64,000 nucleotides of DNA, from positions 38,192,001 to 38,256,000 of the forward strand of contig OZ024747.1 of NCBI GenBank assembly GCA_964016885.1, read 5' to 3'. The notes below the pieces were generated by a model that worked only from the letters and a program-made list of their open reading frames with translations, was not told the DNA's origin and did not search any database. Positions 38,100 to 50,286 of this stretch are shown here, in pieces (the stretch's first letter is position 1; the number at the start of each line of letters is the position of its first letter). The position numbers and the translations under genes are program-made. Origin of the DNA: Eledone cirrhosa. Taxonomy: Eukaryota.

Positions 38100-41000
38100 G
38101 TTGTTCTTTGAGTCTCAGTCATTGATGTTATTTAACTGGAAAGTTTGTTGAAATGAATATCAACCGCTACCTGCAGCTTCAGATATTCAGGACGTATCGG
38201 AGGGTTCTTGCTGTTCCCAGCAAGCATGACTTTTGAAGTGTTCCAAAAAGCGGGGCTGGACTAATTTTCTTTAACCATCCTTGGAAACTCTTTGATAGTA
38301 CCTAGTGCGCCTATGACAATCGGGACAACTCTGACTTCATGGCAGTTCCAAATCCTTTTTACCTCCCACTTTAAGTCCTGGTATCGGTTAATTTTCTCCC
38401 TTTCCTTCTCTTGCACTCTCGTGTCGAATGGGCAGGCCACACCCACAATCAGGCACGATCTTTTTTCCTTGTCCAAAACCACCAGGTCAGGTCTATTGTG
38501 TTCCAGTTTCTTGTCCGTCTGTATCCTAAAATCCCACAGCACCTTCACCTGATCGTTTTCTATCACCGACTCTGGCTGATGCTCATACCACTTCTCAGAA
38601 TGTGGTAAATTGTTTACTTTGCATAGGTGCCAGTGGACCACCCTGCCCATCACATCATGTCTCCAGCCTTTATAGTGAGTCTAGGCTAGGTATTTACACT
38701 CGGATACAATGTGAGCCACAGTCTCCTCTCTCTCTCCACAGATCCTACACAGTGAGCTAGCATCCTCCTTGTAAGTATGGTGTTTCACCCACTTCGTTCT
38801 GAGGGCCTGCTCTTGCGCAGCCATTAGCATTCCTTCTGTAGCCTTTTTAAGGTCTCCTCTTTTTAACCACTTCCATGTCTGTTGATCTCTAAATTCAGTT
38901 TTTTTAAAGAGTGTACTATGAAGGGATTTTTCATGAAGGTTGCTCTTCCTCTTGTTGTTATTTCCTCCTTGGATATCCGCTGGTCTATTGTCCTCTCCTT
39001 CAGTACAATTTTGAGCATTGGCTCCCAACTGTCAGTCACGTATTTGTGCAGGTTGTTTTTCTCCATCTGAACACAGTCATCTAAGCTGATAAGACCTCTT
39101 CCACCTTCAGATCTCCTTAAGTAGAGACTATCGACATCACTCCTCTTGTGGAACATGTTGTAGATAGTCAATAGCTTCCTAGTCTTGCTATCCATTTCTT
39201 TTTGTTCAGCAACATTCCGTTTCAGAATTCCCGCACTGTACCTAATAATAGACACAGCTCGGGAATTCACTGCACTTATGACATTCCTACTATTTAGATG
39301 TGATTTTAATACGCTCCTTACTCTCCTAATGTACTCAGATCTTATCGATTTTTTCATAGTTTTGTTGTTGATATCATCTGCCTCCAGAACACCTAAATAC
39401 GTGTATCCTTCTTCAGTGTCAATTTCCTTTATCATCTCACCTGTTGGTACCTGGATTCCGTTGCTTCTGCCCAATTTACCCCTCTTCATCACTAGGACTC
39501 CACATTTATTAATACCAAATTGCATACAAATATCATTGCTGAAAATACGAACAGTGTCAACAAGTACATCCAACTCCTTCTCACTCTTCCAAAAGAGTTT
39601 AAGATCGTCCATGAAGAGGAGGTGGTTGATGGTAAGCTCTCCTTTTCCCAACTTGTATCCTGCTCTCACTTTTCGCAGTATAATGGACAGGGGTATCAGG
39701 GCAAGGACAAAAAACAGAGGGGACAAACAATCTCCCTGGAAGATACCTCTCTTGATCTTCACGCCTCCCAATGTTCTCCACCCGATGTTAACTCTGTTTC
39801 CCAGGACTTCATACTTTTGCTCACCAACTGTCTGATGTTATGTGCCACCTTGAAGATATCTAGGCTTTTGGTTATCCAAGAATGAGGTACGATGGCGAAT
39901 GCCTTTTTGTAATTTATTCATCCCATAGCAATACCAGTGTGTCTCCTCTTGCAATTCCTCATTACCATCTTATCAATAAATAACTGGTCTTTTGTACCAC
40001 GGGACTTCTTTCGGCATCCTCTCTGTTTGTCCGGTAACAAGTTGTTTATGTGGAGGTGATGGTAGATTTTCTCAGACCAAATGCTTGTTAACAGTTTCCA
40101 CATTACGGACAGACATGTGATAGGACTGTGGTACCTTTTGTCAACCACTCTGGTACCTCACCCGACATCAAGCAGTCATTGAACATGGTTGTCAGTTTCG
40201 AGTGGAGGGATGTTATATTCTTGATCCAATAACCCTGCACACCATCTGGCCCTGGTGATTTCCAGTTGGTTAGCTTTTTGGCCTGCCCTTTAAGAGTTTC
40301 AACTGTGATACTCAAATCAGTTTGTTGGTGTGCTTGTTCACTAATCTCCTTTTGTATTGTCTCCATCCACACTGCCTGATCATTATGTTCAACATCCTAC
40401 TTCCATATTCCTCCCCAGAATGTCTTAGTCTGTTCCGCCTCATGGATCAAGTCGTTGCCTCTTTCTTTCCCTTCAAGCCGCCCAAACAACATCTTCTTGT
40501 TATTGTCAAACATGCGGTTATGTCTCTACTTACTAACTCTGTTCTCATACCGCCTAATCTTTGCAATTTTTGCTACAATGCGTTGGTTCAGTTGCTCTAT
40601 GATAACACTTAGCTCTTTCCCCTAGTTTGGTATTCTATTTTCAATCTATCTTTAGTGTCTATCTTTTGTAATGTCCCATTCAGTAAGGACTCACGCTTTC
40701 CAATTTTTTTTTCTCATTTTCCTTGATTTGACCATTCAGTCGTTTCTTCCACCAAGGTTCTGGTCTTTCTTGTTTATTGTTTCCTCTCGTTTTTATACCA
40801 AGTAATTTCCTCACCACATTTGCGGTTGCTTTGAAGATATTTTTGCATTGGTGAAGGTTCCTCGCCTCAAGGTAAGGGATGACTTTGTTTACCCTAGCTG
40901 TTGTTTCTTTTAACTTTATCCTCTCTACAAATCTCAGGTTCATAGTATTTCCACTATCATTTCATTTCATCTACCACTAAGTTCAGGATATCAACCAAAT

Positions 41001-41430
41001 CTTGCCCTAGCCCGTTAGCATTCATTTCCTCAATGGCCATATCTTTGTTCCAGATTGTTCATGATAGTTCTATTCAATTCTTTCATTCAGTTGGTTCTTG
41101 TCCCATTCCTTCTTCTTCCTCCAACACCAGCAGTATTTGGATGACAGCCAGGTCCCTGCTGCTGGGCCAGGGAGCACTTGCTGGGTGAGAGTCTTTCACA
41201 TGACGTTCCAGTCTCCTTTTCACCGTTATTCGAACTGTTTAGGTTCGACATTTAAACACTCATATCGAGGATTGGTGAATTTATTTATGGTTATATAACC
41301 ACCGGTGTTTTTAGCGTCGCACCATCACGTTGTAGACGAAAATAAATAAATAAATAAATAAATAAAAACATTAAAAAATAAAAATAAGTTTCATTGTCAT
41401 GTTTGAATGTCTGACTTAGTTTTGTTCTCT
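38100..41430 (-). mobile_element. DongA-2: decayed R4/Dong copy in tandem with DongA-1
   Basis: Collinear homology to DongA-1 from the 3' UTR to the 5' UTR (aagtttcattgt...gaatgtctgacttagtttt). The ORF is broken into fragments (38261, 38681, 38863, 39918, 40103, 40680). Confidence 0.92.
38179..41219 (-). pseudogene. Frameshifted/deleted R4/Dong RT-RLE ORF
   Basis: QGDCLSP, LFMDD, CRICGEREETVAHIVSEC and RPDLVVLD fall in different frames. The start ATG of DongA-1 reads AAG here. Confidence 0.9.
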
Positions 41431-41444
41431 TTTTGTTTTTCAAG

Positions 41445-42180
41445 GCCCGTAACATCGGTTACTAGAGTTGTTGCTGCTGTTTTTGATTTTAGCTACGCTA
41501 AGCTGGTAGTCATAGCAACGAGGGAGGTAGGGGGTGTTGCGTTGAAAACTTTTTGAAATTTGTTTTTCTTTTGATGTTGCGTTTGTTTTTGTCTGTGTTC
41601 TGTTCTGTAATTTTTCGACTTGTTACTTATTATTATTTGACGTCGTTTAAACTAAACACTTTGAGAGCGTTTAGAAATAGAACGACAATAATAATTATTA
41701 TTATGGTGTTGTTAGCTATGTTGGTGGTGCCACTGTTGTTCATGTTGGGATGTTCAACATTTTCTTTTGACCGGGTCACGAAATCAGTCTATTCATATCT
41801 TTTGGTAGCTATCTCCTTTCTAGTCATGTGTAGTGGCACTACAACCTTTACTGTAGTGATGGTGTTGTTGCAGCTGTTGGTTTGTCTCTAGCTACATTTT
41901 GTGGTAGTGGTGGTGGTGGTGGTGTTGGAGCTGAGATTATTTGGCTGTTGTTTTCTTCTATTTGTGACCTTTTGTAACCATTTTCTTTTTTGAATATAAA
42001 ATTTCTGACACAAAATTAAATATTTGAGCCATATGCCAGGGTGTTATGGGTTCTCACTTCATGAGAGTAAAAACTGGTGTTTTATGTCCCATTTTTAATA
42101 ATAATTATTCTATCACAATCGTTTTAAATAGGTAAAAAATCAAAAACTTACGGGAGTGATTCCATAACACGTATTTTTCA
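41445..42180 (-). mobile_element. Probable inverted 5' UTR and ORF1 start of a Tx1-type element
   Basis: The - strand has ggctcaaatattt (cf. ggcccaaatattt at 29089, gcccaaaattt at 44393), then ttcaaaaaagaaaATG (cf. ttgaaaaaaaatcATG at 44448), ACA/AAC-rich coding-like sequence and TTSLA...TTLVTD (cf. TTSFAG...TVLVTEE). Confidence 0.45.
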
Positions 42181-42187
42181 CTTATTA

Positions 42188-43953
42188 TTTCAGCATCATG
42201 CGCTCGGTCCGGCAAGGTTGTCCGGTCCCGTCCCTTTTGTAGTACTGGCTCTCGAGCCATTACTGCACAAATTGGAGACCATGAGGGGGGAACTTTGCGA
42301 ACTGGGATGCGGAAGATCCGTGTCGGTTTATGCCGACGAGGTCACCGTGGTGATGTCGAGCACCAAACACGCCCAGAAGCTCGGCCCCGCTCTCAGGGAG
42401 TACGAAGCGGAGACAGGAGCAAATATAAACCAGGAAAATCGGTAGGCTTGCAACTCGGCACCTGGAGACGCATGTCCATGCCGTCCGAAAGCGTCGTGGG
42501 CTGCTGGACGGAGGGAGCGGTTAAATTGCTCGGGGTCGGGTTCGGTCCGGATCCCAGATGGAGAAACACTGGAGCGAGGTGGCGAGCAGGGTGGCTTCTG
42601 TCACCCAGAAATGGTCTGAGAGGAGGCTGTCTATGAAAGGTCGGGCGGAGGTGGCGAATGCGTACATCGCGTCCGTCATCTGCTACTGCCTGACCGTCGT
42701 ACCCTGCCCCCGTCCAACTCTCACCAAAATGGAGCGCCTTCTCTTCCACTTTTTGTGGAAGGGACGTGCTCCCATGGTAAAACGATCCATCTGCTGTCAG
42801 CACCCGTTGCGTGGATGACTGGGAATGCCGTGGCTAATGATGCGCAAACATGCACTGAGGTAGCGACATCTCTGGTGCTTCCTTGACGGTAAACATGTGC
42901 GGTCGCCGTTTGCCAGACACGCATTTACCAAGCTGGTCTCCTTGACGGAGCTGCAGTCCTGGATCAGAAAAAGACTGAGGGATAGCGCTTGGAAGCTGGA
43001 ATGTCTCCAGGCGCTCACCGCCCGCTACCAGCTGGGCACTATTATCGGTGGAACATCCACCTTGGCGTTCTATAGAGGGCTATTGGAGGGGAAGAGCGAT
43101 GACGTTCTTGGTGAGACCCTGGGCGTTGAAGAAGATCAGCTGTTTGCTCTCTTCAAGAGAACTTTCAGCCCGGGACCTATGGACAATTTCCAGAAATCCC
43201 TAGCCTGGCAGTGCTACCGTGGAGTGTTGCTGGTTCGGGATAAGCTCTACAGACACGGAGGTTCTGTCAGCCGAGCCTGTCCGTGATGCGTGCAGGGCGA
43301 CGAAACCATCCTACTCGCACTCATTCAATGCCCGAGAATGGCTGACTTGTGGGGCCATGTCGAACAGTTGCTGTCGCGTGTAGGACGGATCTGGTTATCA
43401 ACTGAGTCCATTATGCAGATATCCCTGCCATCCTCTTTTAAAGAGGATGAAGGGCAAGCATTCTACATCTGCCTGGTGCCCATGACATAAGAGATTGTGT
43501 GGTGGACAAGATTGAAAGGGTTGAAAATACACACTTTCCTCTCCGGCCAATCCCTGATTAACTTTTTCAAGTTTCACTTGAAGAGGGAAATTAGGGTGGA
43601 GAAGCAAGTGGTGTCTTCTAGTAAGTTTGTTGAAAGGTGCGTCAAAGTGGCGAGTCTGGTCCGAGTGAACGGGCCCGATCTGAGTATGCGCCTGTAGACT
43701 GAGGAGTGGGAAAAGTGAGAGAGGACGCTTGCCCTGGTGGTCAGTATGGCCGTGGTCTTTTGTGTGGCTTTCACCATGAGTGACCCTCGGATGTTTCCTC
43801 CTTATTGGAGAATTTTTGTTGTTTGCATTTTCAATTATTTTACACGTTTCTGTCTTTTATATCCTTTTAACACGGTCAAAATCCACTTTGTATCGTCCTG
43901 TGCCGTTTGTAATTATTTTCTTCTTGTTAGCACTTGTCGCCAATAAAGAAACC
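42188..43953 (+). mobile_element. Tx1-3: 5'-truncated Tx1 element (RT C-half to 3' UTR)
   Basis: Begins in RT (FSIMRSVRQG), YADE, knuckle region, stop at 43697, AATAAA at 43942, (ATT)n at 43954-43970. Confidence 0.92.
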
Positions 43954-43970
43954 ATTATTATTATTATTAT

Positions 43971-44228
43971 AGTTTCATTTATCTTGCTTTATGATCATAC
44001 GAGTTATCACCAAGTCACAACCAGTGACCTGAAGAGACAACAAGGTCCGCCATGTTCAAGAAAGAACATACATACACACACATGCATCTTTAGGTGTTTA
44101 GACTTGTGATGTACTTATATTGACAGAATCTTCCTTAGTATATGGACAGTTCCCATTAGTACTATCTTTTGTATTTCTCCTATACGCGGGTTTCCTGGGA
44201 TTTGCGATAAGTAATCATTAGACCCCTT
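43971..44228 (-). mobile_element. DongB-2: second 5'-truncated 3' end of Dong family B
   Basis: About 9 differences over ~258 bp versus DongB-1 by eye. The - strand at 44228-44115 reads KGSNDYLSQIPGNPRIGEIQKIVLMGTVHILRKILSI*. Confidence 0.85.
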
Positions 44229-44447
44229 TATTATTATTATTATTATTATTGGCGACCTACGTAGGAAATCGTATTATCGTGAGCTCCGCAAAAGTTTGTC
44301 GTTTTCAGTTGTTTAAAATTGCCATTTATGGACATTTTTTATTGTTAACTGTGTATAAGTGCATATACATTGTTTTCTGATTGGGGCCTTGAGCCCAAAA
44401 TTTAAACTTTTATAATTATCAAACAAAAATTTCTTTGAAAAAAAATC

Positions 44448-46320
44448 ATGGACGACTCACAGTCACACCTTCCTCACAAACTAACACATCACACCGACAC
44501 CACCATTGTAAATATTACTACGTTTGCCAACACTAAAAATATAAGCAGTAGCAATAATTTAAATTTGTCTCACGCAGACATTCATTTCCCCCCTTTACCA
44601 TTGACTGCAGGTGTTGAAGCCGCCACCCCCACCATCACCACAGCGATAACAGAAACAAAAAAAAAAAAAATTATCTCGTGACATCGAAATGGATTCACCA
44701 AAATGGACTCTTCCACACCGAACACCACTGACGCCACCACTACAACCACAACTGAAACTAAAAATAACAATAACAAAAATAACGATAACAACAACAGCAA
44801 CAATAACAATGAGAATAAGAAAACCACCCTGTCTTTTGCCAGAGTAACAAAAAAGTGCGAAGCAATCCTGGTAACTCAGGAGGAATTAAAGAGAATGGTA
44901 AAGACGGGTGGGTACAGGGTCAGCCCCCCCCCCACACCTAATAAAATGGAGCATCGGCGCCTATGCACTGTGTCTTATCGGACGATTAACATAAAATCGC
45001 GCCGAGTGGAACGGGCATCCGAGTCCCAAATCCAAAAAGCTTTGGGACATGTGTGGGCAAAGGAAAACCACATCAGACGTGGGCAGAAATATGAAACCGT
45101 GGACGTGTTCTTTGAAACACCACAGGAGGCCAGAGAACACTCCATGGCCCCATTAAGAAGTGACGACTTCACACTCGTCCCAAGCTATTGTGGCCAGAGC
45201 CTCGTAAAGATCAGGGTGACTCACGTTCCACCGGCCATCGAAATTCCCTCGCTAATGGCTGCCGTCCTCGCCGGCATCGAGGCCAACACCAAGATAATAG
45301 AAATAGCGAAAGAAAAGCAGGAGGACTGGTCCGGAGCTGGGATGGAGCTCCTGATCCAAGCGGACCAAAAAAGCATTGAGGAGATCCCAGAAGTAATAGG
45401 CCTAGGTGTGACGTTTGTGGTGAAGGAACCCAACTAAGGGCTCTCTGCCCTCAGGCTAGAGGTTGAGGCCACCTCTCTTACCCACCCCAGTGACTCAACC
45501 ATCAACACCACCAGCAGCAGAAATGGCAACAACTGTAGCAGCAACAACAGAAGCAACTGTAACAGCAACAACCCCAGCAACAGTAGCAAATCCAACACCA
45601 CCACAACCCAACGCGCCAGAACTAGCACCAACGCCTACACCATCCACCAGGCCACAACAAAAACCAACGCCTGTGGAGGATTTTCCACTCCCCGACCTAT
45701 CGCAACTGGAGACAGATTGTGACGACGAGGTGTGGGAAACGGTATCTGGAAAAAAGAAAAAAAGAAAAAGAAAGCAAAAAAGAAAAAAATCGTCTTCCTC
45801 CAAATACAAAATACAGAGGGAAACAAATAAACTATCAAACAAAAAAGTTAGGACAGCTATGCCACCATCCACACCAGCATCACCAACCTCAACACCACAA
45901 ACACCAACACCATCACCATCATTAACCCCAATACCACCATCACCAACACCACAAAAGTCACCAAAAAGCGAAAAACAAACAAACCCACAACATACGCAAA
46001 CAAAACAAAACAACCAAAACGATACACACTACACAGCATTAAATTTGAACAACAACCAATTATTACACTACATCCAACACAACACCAGCATCACAGAAAC
46101 AGACTACAAAACAACCCCAAAGTTCACACGACCTCCTCACATACAAATCACTCGCATCACACAGAAAACGTACACGACACTAAAACAAAAATACCCCAAA
46201 GACATCGGAGACTTCCGACAAGCACTCTCCAGGAGGATTTATAAGGACATCCTTCCGGAGGAGGCCACAAGCAGTGAAAAGGATGAAGAAACCATCCTTC
46301 CTCTACAAGAAGTAATGTAA
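44448..46320 (+). pseudogene. Tx1-4 ORF1 (broken)
   Basis: Fragments 44448, 44703 and 45463. MEHRRLCTVSYR...RRVERASESQIQKAL is shared with Tx1-2. Out-of-frame knuckle CDVCGEGTQLRALC; basic tract KKKKRKRKQKRKK. Confidence 0.8.
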
Positions 46321-46354
46321 GTGGTCTTTCCCATCTTTTCCACTCCATTTCAAC

Positions 46355-49300
46355 ATGACCTCACTCAGAATAGGCAGCATAAATGCGCTTAGCTTGGGGT
46401 CGTCATGGAAGCAGGGCCACCTGTTCAACGACCTCAGGTCACTAAACATAGATGTAGTGGCCATCAGCGAGACCAGAATCTCCGAAGCACGGACCTTCGC
46501 ATCGATCTTCGGCGGCTGCGATGTGTACGCATCTCCCAGCCGTCCTGGATCGGCAAGTGGAGTTACTGTGCTTTTTCGGAGACGTTTGGATCTCGCCATA
46601 CAGGCCATCTTCCTGGACCCAGAAGGTAAGTTGGTGGTGCTGGACGTGACCAGCGGAGACGGGCAAGCTTTCAGGCTAGTGGCCGTCTATGCCCAGACAG
46701 GATCAGGGCCGCCTGATTTCTCCCGGCGTCTGGAAACCTTTCTTGGAACGACCCGCTCTTTAGTGTTAGTGGGCGACTGGAACGGGATCTTAGATGCACG
46801 CTGGGACTGTGTGGGATTAGCGGATAGGGGAGGAGGGTGCAATAGCCTTACCAACCTGCGCAGGGGTTTTGAACTGTCTGACAGGTACCGATTGGATTTC
46901 CCGACTGTGCCAATGAGGACTTGGACAAATCGCATAGGGTCATCCAGATCATATCTAGATAGAGTATTTTGTAGGGAAATAGATAGGTCTAGCATAGGCT
47001 GTCCACAATTCAAGATAGTCAGCTACACGGTCCACAAATTCGTGATTTGCGTGCTTGACTTAGATAGGCTTCATAGACGAGGAACCGGCTACTGGAAGCT
47101 AAACGCGTCCTTACCAGCGCGCAAGGCCTACAGGGACAGGATTAGCGAACTAGTTAAGGGGGCGTTGACAGGGGGCCATCGTCAACAACAAGTGGTGGTT
47201 TGCTCTGAAAATAGCGATTGGAATAGAGTCCATTAGGTTTAGTAAGGCTTTAGCAATAGAGAAAAATAGAGCAGAGGGAGAACTAGTTAGAAAATTAGAC
47301 GAAGCGCTTAGCAAAGGCATCGCGACCGACGTACTTGCGGCGAATTTGGCCCTTGACCAATCCTTCAATGCAAAGCACGAAGGCTGCGTTTTCAGAGCTA
47401 GGATGCGTGCTCTCAGACACGAGGGGACGAAAGCCGTCCAATGGGCCCGAGTGGCGGAGGCGCGTCGTGGCAACAAATCCACGATCCGGTCTTTGGTGGA
47501 CCACGACGGGCGCATGCTACTCGATCCCGGGAAAATGTGTGAAGCTTTTCAGCGACATCGCTCAGCTGTTCGGGGGCAGCGGCGGGCCGGATCAAGGGAT
47601 AGACTTTAGTGTCTACCTCGATGGACTGCCGCGGTTCTCGGCCACTGAGGCGGAGTGTTGCGAAAAGCCGATAACAGCCGCTGAAGTACGGGTGACAATG
47701 ACTGGCTGCACAAGGGGTAAATCGCCTGGTTTGGATGGTCTGCCCTATGAACTTTGCGTACACATGCCAGACTTGTTCGGAGGCCTCTTGGCGGATGTCT
47801 ACTGCAACTGGCAACAGAACAGGAGAATTGCCAGCTCTGTGAGACGAGGAGCGGTGGCGCTGCTGAGAAAGGTTCCGAACAAGGGGGATAACATAGATAA
47901 TTTCAGGCCCATAACTCTGCTAAACACAGAGTTCAAGATTTTGGCCAAGGTGCTAGCAAAGATGTTGGCGCTTGTCGTTGTTTGTCTGGTGGGAGAGGCG
48001 CAGACATGCGCCATTCCCGACAGATCCATCCACGACAACCTCCACCTCATGCGATACATCGTAGAGAGTGTAGCTAGAGAACCTGGCACGGGTGGGACCT
48101 TGATCAATTTAGATCAGTCGAGAGCTTTCGATAGGGTCGACCATCGTTACCTAGCGGTAGTCCTGAGGGCGGCTGCTTTGGGGCTCGTCTTCAGAGGCTG
48201 GATCGCTGCCATACACAGCGACATCTTCTGTGTGGTGAGAGTGAACGGTCACCTTTCGGAACCGTTCAACATCATGCGCTCGGTCCGCCAAGGATGTTCT
48301 CTCTCGTCCCTCTTATTGACTCTCGAGCAATTACTGCACAAACTGGAGAGGTTGAGGGGGATCCCGCGCGAACTAGCACGCGGAAGATCTGTGTTAGCAT
48401 ATGCAGACGATAACACCGAAGTGGTGTCGAACGCCAAACGCATCGAGGCGATCGGCACTACACTAAGAGAATACAATGATCAACCGGGAAAAGTCAGTGG
48501 GTCTGCAGCTCAGCACCTGGAGAGGCAGGTCCATGCCGTCCAACAGCGTAGTCGGGCGCTTGACGGACGGACCGGTTAAATTGCTAGGGGTCTGGTTCGG
48601 TCCAGACCTCCAGACGTACAAAAACTGGGACGTGCTCACGAGCAGGGTGGCTTCTCTCACCCAGAAATGGGCGGAGAAGAAGCTATCCCTGAAAGGTCGA
48701 GCAGAGGTGGCTAACGGGTACATCGCGTCCGTCATCTACTACCGCCTGACGGTCGTACCTTGTCCTAAGCAAAGCTTTTGGTGGAAGGGACGCGCTCCGA
48801 TGGTCAGGCTGTCCATCTGCTGTCAACACCCGCTACGTGGAATGCTGGGTATGCCGTGGCTGATGATGCGCAGCCACGTGCCCAGGCTACGACATCTCCA
48901 CCTCTTCCTCGAGGGTTATCAGGTGTGGTCGCCGTTTGCTAGACGCGTCTTTCCCCAGCTCGTCTCCTTGACGGAGCTGCAGTCCTGGGACAAGCGGAGT
49001 CCGAGAGGGAGCGCTTGGACACTGGAATGTCTTCAGGCGCTCACAGCCCTCGACCAATCGAGCAATGTGATCGGTGGAAACTCTACCTTGGCGTTCTATA
49101 GAGGATTAGTGGAGGGGAAGAGCGACGACGTACTTGGGGAAACTCTAGGCGTCGACGAAAATCAACTAGCCAATCTCTACGGTAGAACTTTCGGGCCTGG
49201 GCCTATGGATAACTTCCAGAAATCCCTGGCCTGGGCAAGCAGTGCTACTGAGGAGCTTTGCCAGTTCAGGATTAACTCTACAGGCATGGAAGTACCGTCA

Positions 49301-49726
49301 GCCGGGCATGTCCGAGATGCGTACAGGGCGACGAAACCGTCCCGCACGCACTCGTTCAGTGTCCGAGCATTGCTGACTTGTGGGTTTATGTCGAACACCT
49401 GCTGTCGCGTGTAGGACGGGTCCAGCTATCAGTTGAGTCCATCGTGAGGATTGCGCCGCCCTCTTCCTTTAGCCGGGAAGGGCAGGCAATTTTTATCTGT
49501 CTGGTGACCATGGTGAAAGAGATAGTATGGTGGACACGTTTGAAAGGGCTGAAGACGAGCACTTACCTCTTCGGTGATGCCCTGATTAACTTTTTCAAAT
49601 TTCATTTGTATAGGAAAATCAGGGTAGAAAGGGAAGGTGCTCTCTTCCCAGCATTTTGTTGAAAGATGGGTGAGAGAAGCAAGAATGGCCCGAGTGAATG
49701 GGCCTTCTCTGAGTATGTGTCTGTAA
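46355..49726 (+). pseudogene. Tx1-4 ORF2 (APE + RT + knuckle), frameshifted
   Basis: IGSINA, DVVAISET, GDWN, SYLDRVF, YWKLN, SPGLDGLP, NFRPITLLN, LDQSRAFDRVDH, VRQGCSLS, AYADD. Confidence 0.93.
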
Positions 49727-50286
49727 ATTAAAGGTGAAAAACTGGGAGAGGGCACTTGCCCTGGTGGTCAGGGTCACTGTGGCTTTTTAATGGGCTTTCT
49801 CCACGAATGTCCCTCGGAAGTCCCCCCCCCCCTATTGGGGAATTTTTTCATTGTTCTATTATTACATCCTCTGTTTCTTGTTTTTTACACGCAGAAATGC
49901 CCATTTCTACCGCCCTGTATTGTCTTGTACTGTCCTTAAAGTCTACTTTATGTAGACTCTTGTGGTTAATAAAGAAAGCATTATTATTATTATTATTATT
50001 ATTATTGGTTGGTGAAGCCACGCTTCTTATCGCCTCCAGTCTTTTTCAACGTTTTACCTCTTTTTCAACCGTTCTAAACCTTTTATTCAAGTTTTAAATT
50101 TGATAAAAGTTTAGAAGAAGTGACCCACCTAATACAGGGCTTCACTAGTAAATAATACGGCACCCCTTTACGGGGTGTCGTATTCGTATTTGTGTAAAAC
50201 AATTTTTGAAAAATTTCAACATTTGATAACACAAAAAAGAGAGAGAGCGTTGTCAGACAACACAGAGAGAGGGAGACTTTATCAGC

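Larger units (their letters stand above)
44251..49979 (+). mobile_element. Tx1-4: full-length decayed Tx1 element
   Basis: Starts after (ATT)n at 44228-44250. ORF1, ORF2, AATAAA at 49968, (ATT)n at 49980-50006. Confidence 0.93.

Noticed and set aside
34362-40612. + strand ORFs antisense to the Dong elements (e.g. 39185-39835, 216 aa)
   Set aside because: Shadow frames of the RT ORF, with no independent motifs.
33600-44228. LTRs or a segmental duplication explaining the repeated Tx1 3' end plus 260-bp unit
   Set aside because: The unit is a Dong C-terminus on the - strand with no TG...CA, PBS or PPT, and the adjoining Tx1 UTRs are much more diverged than the units.
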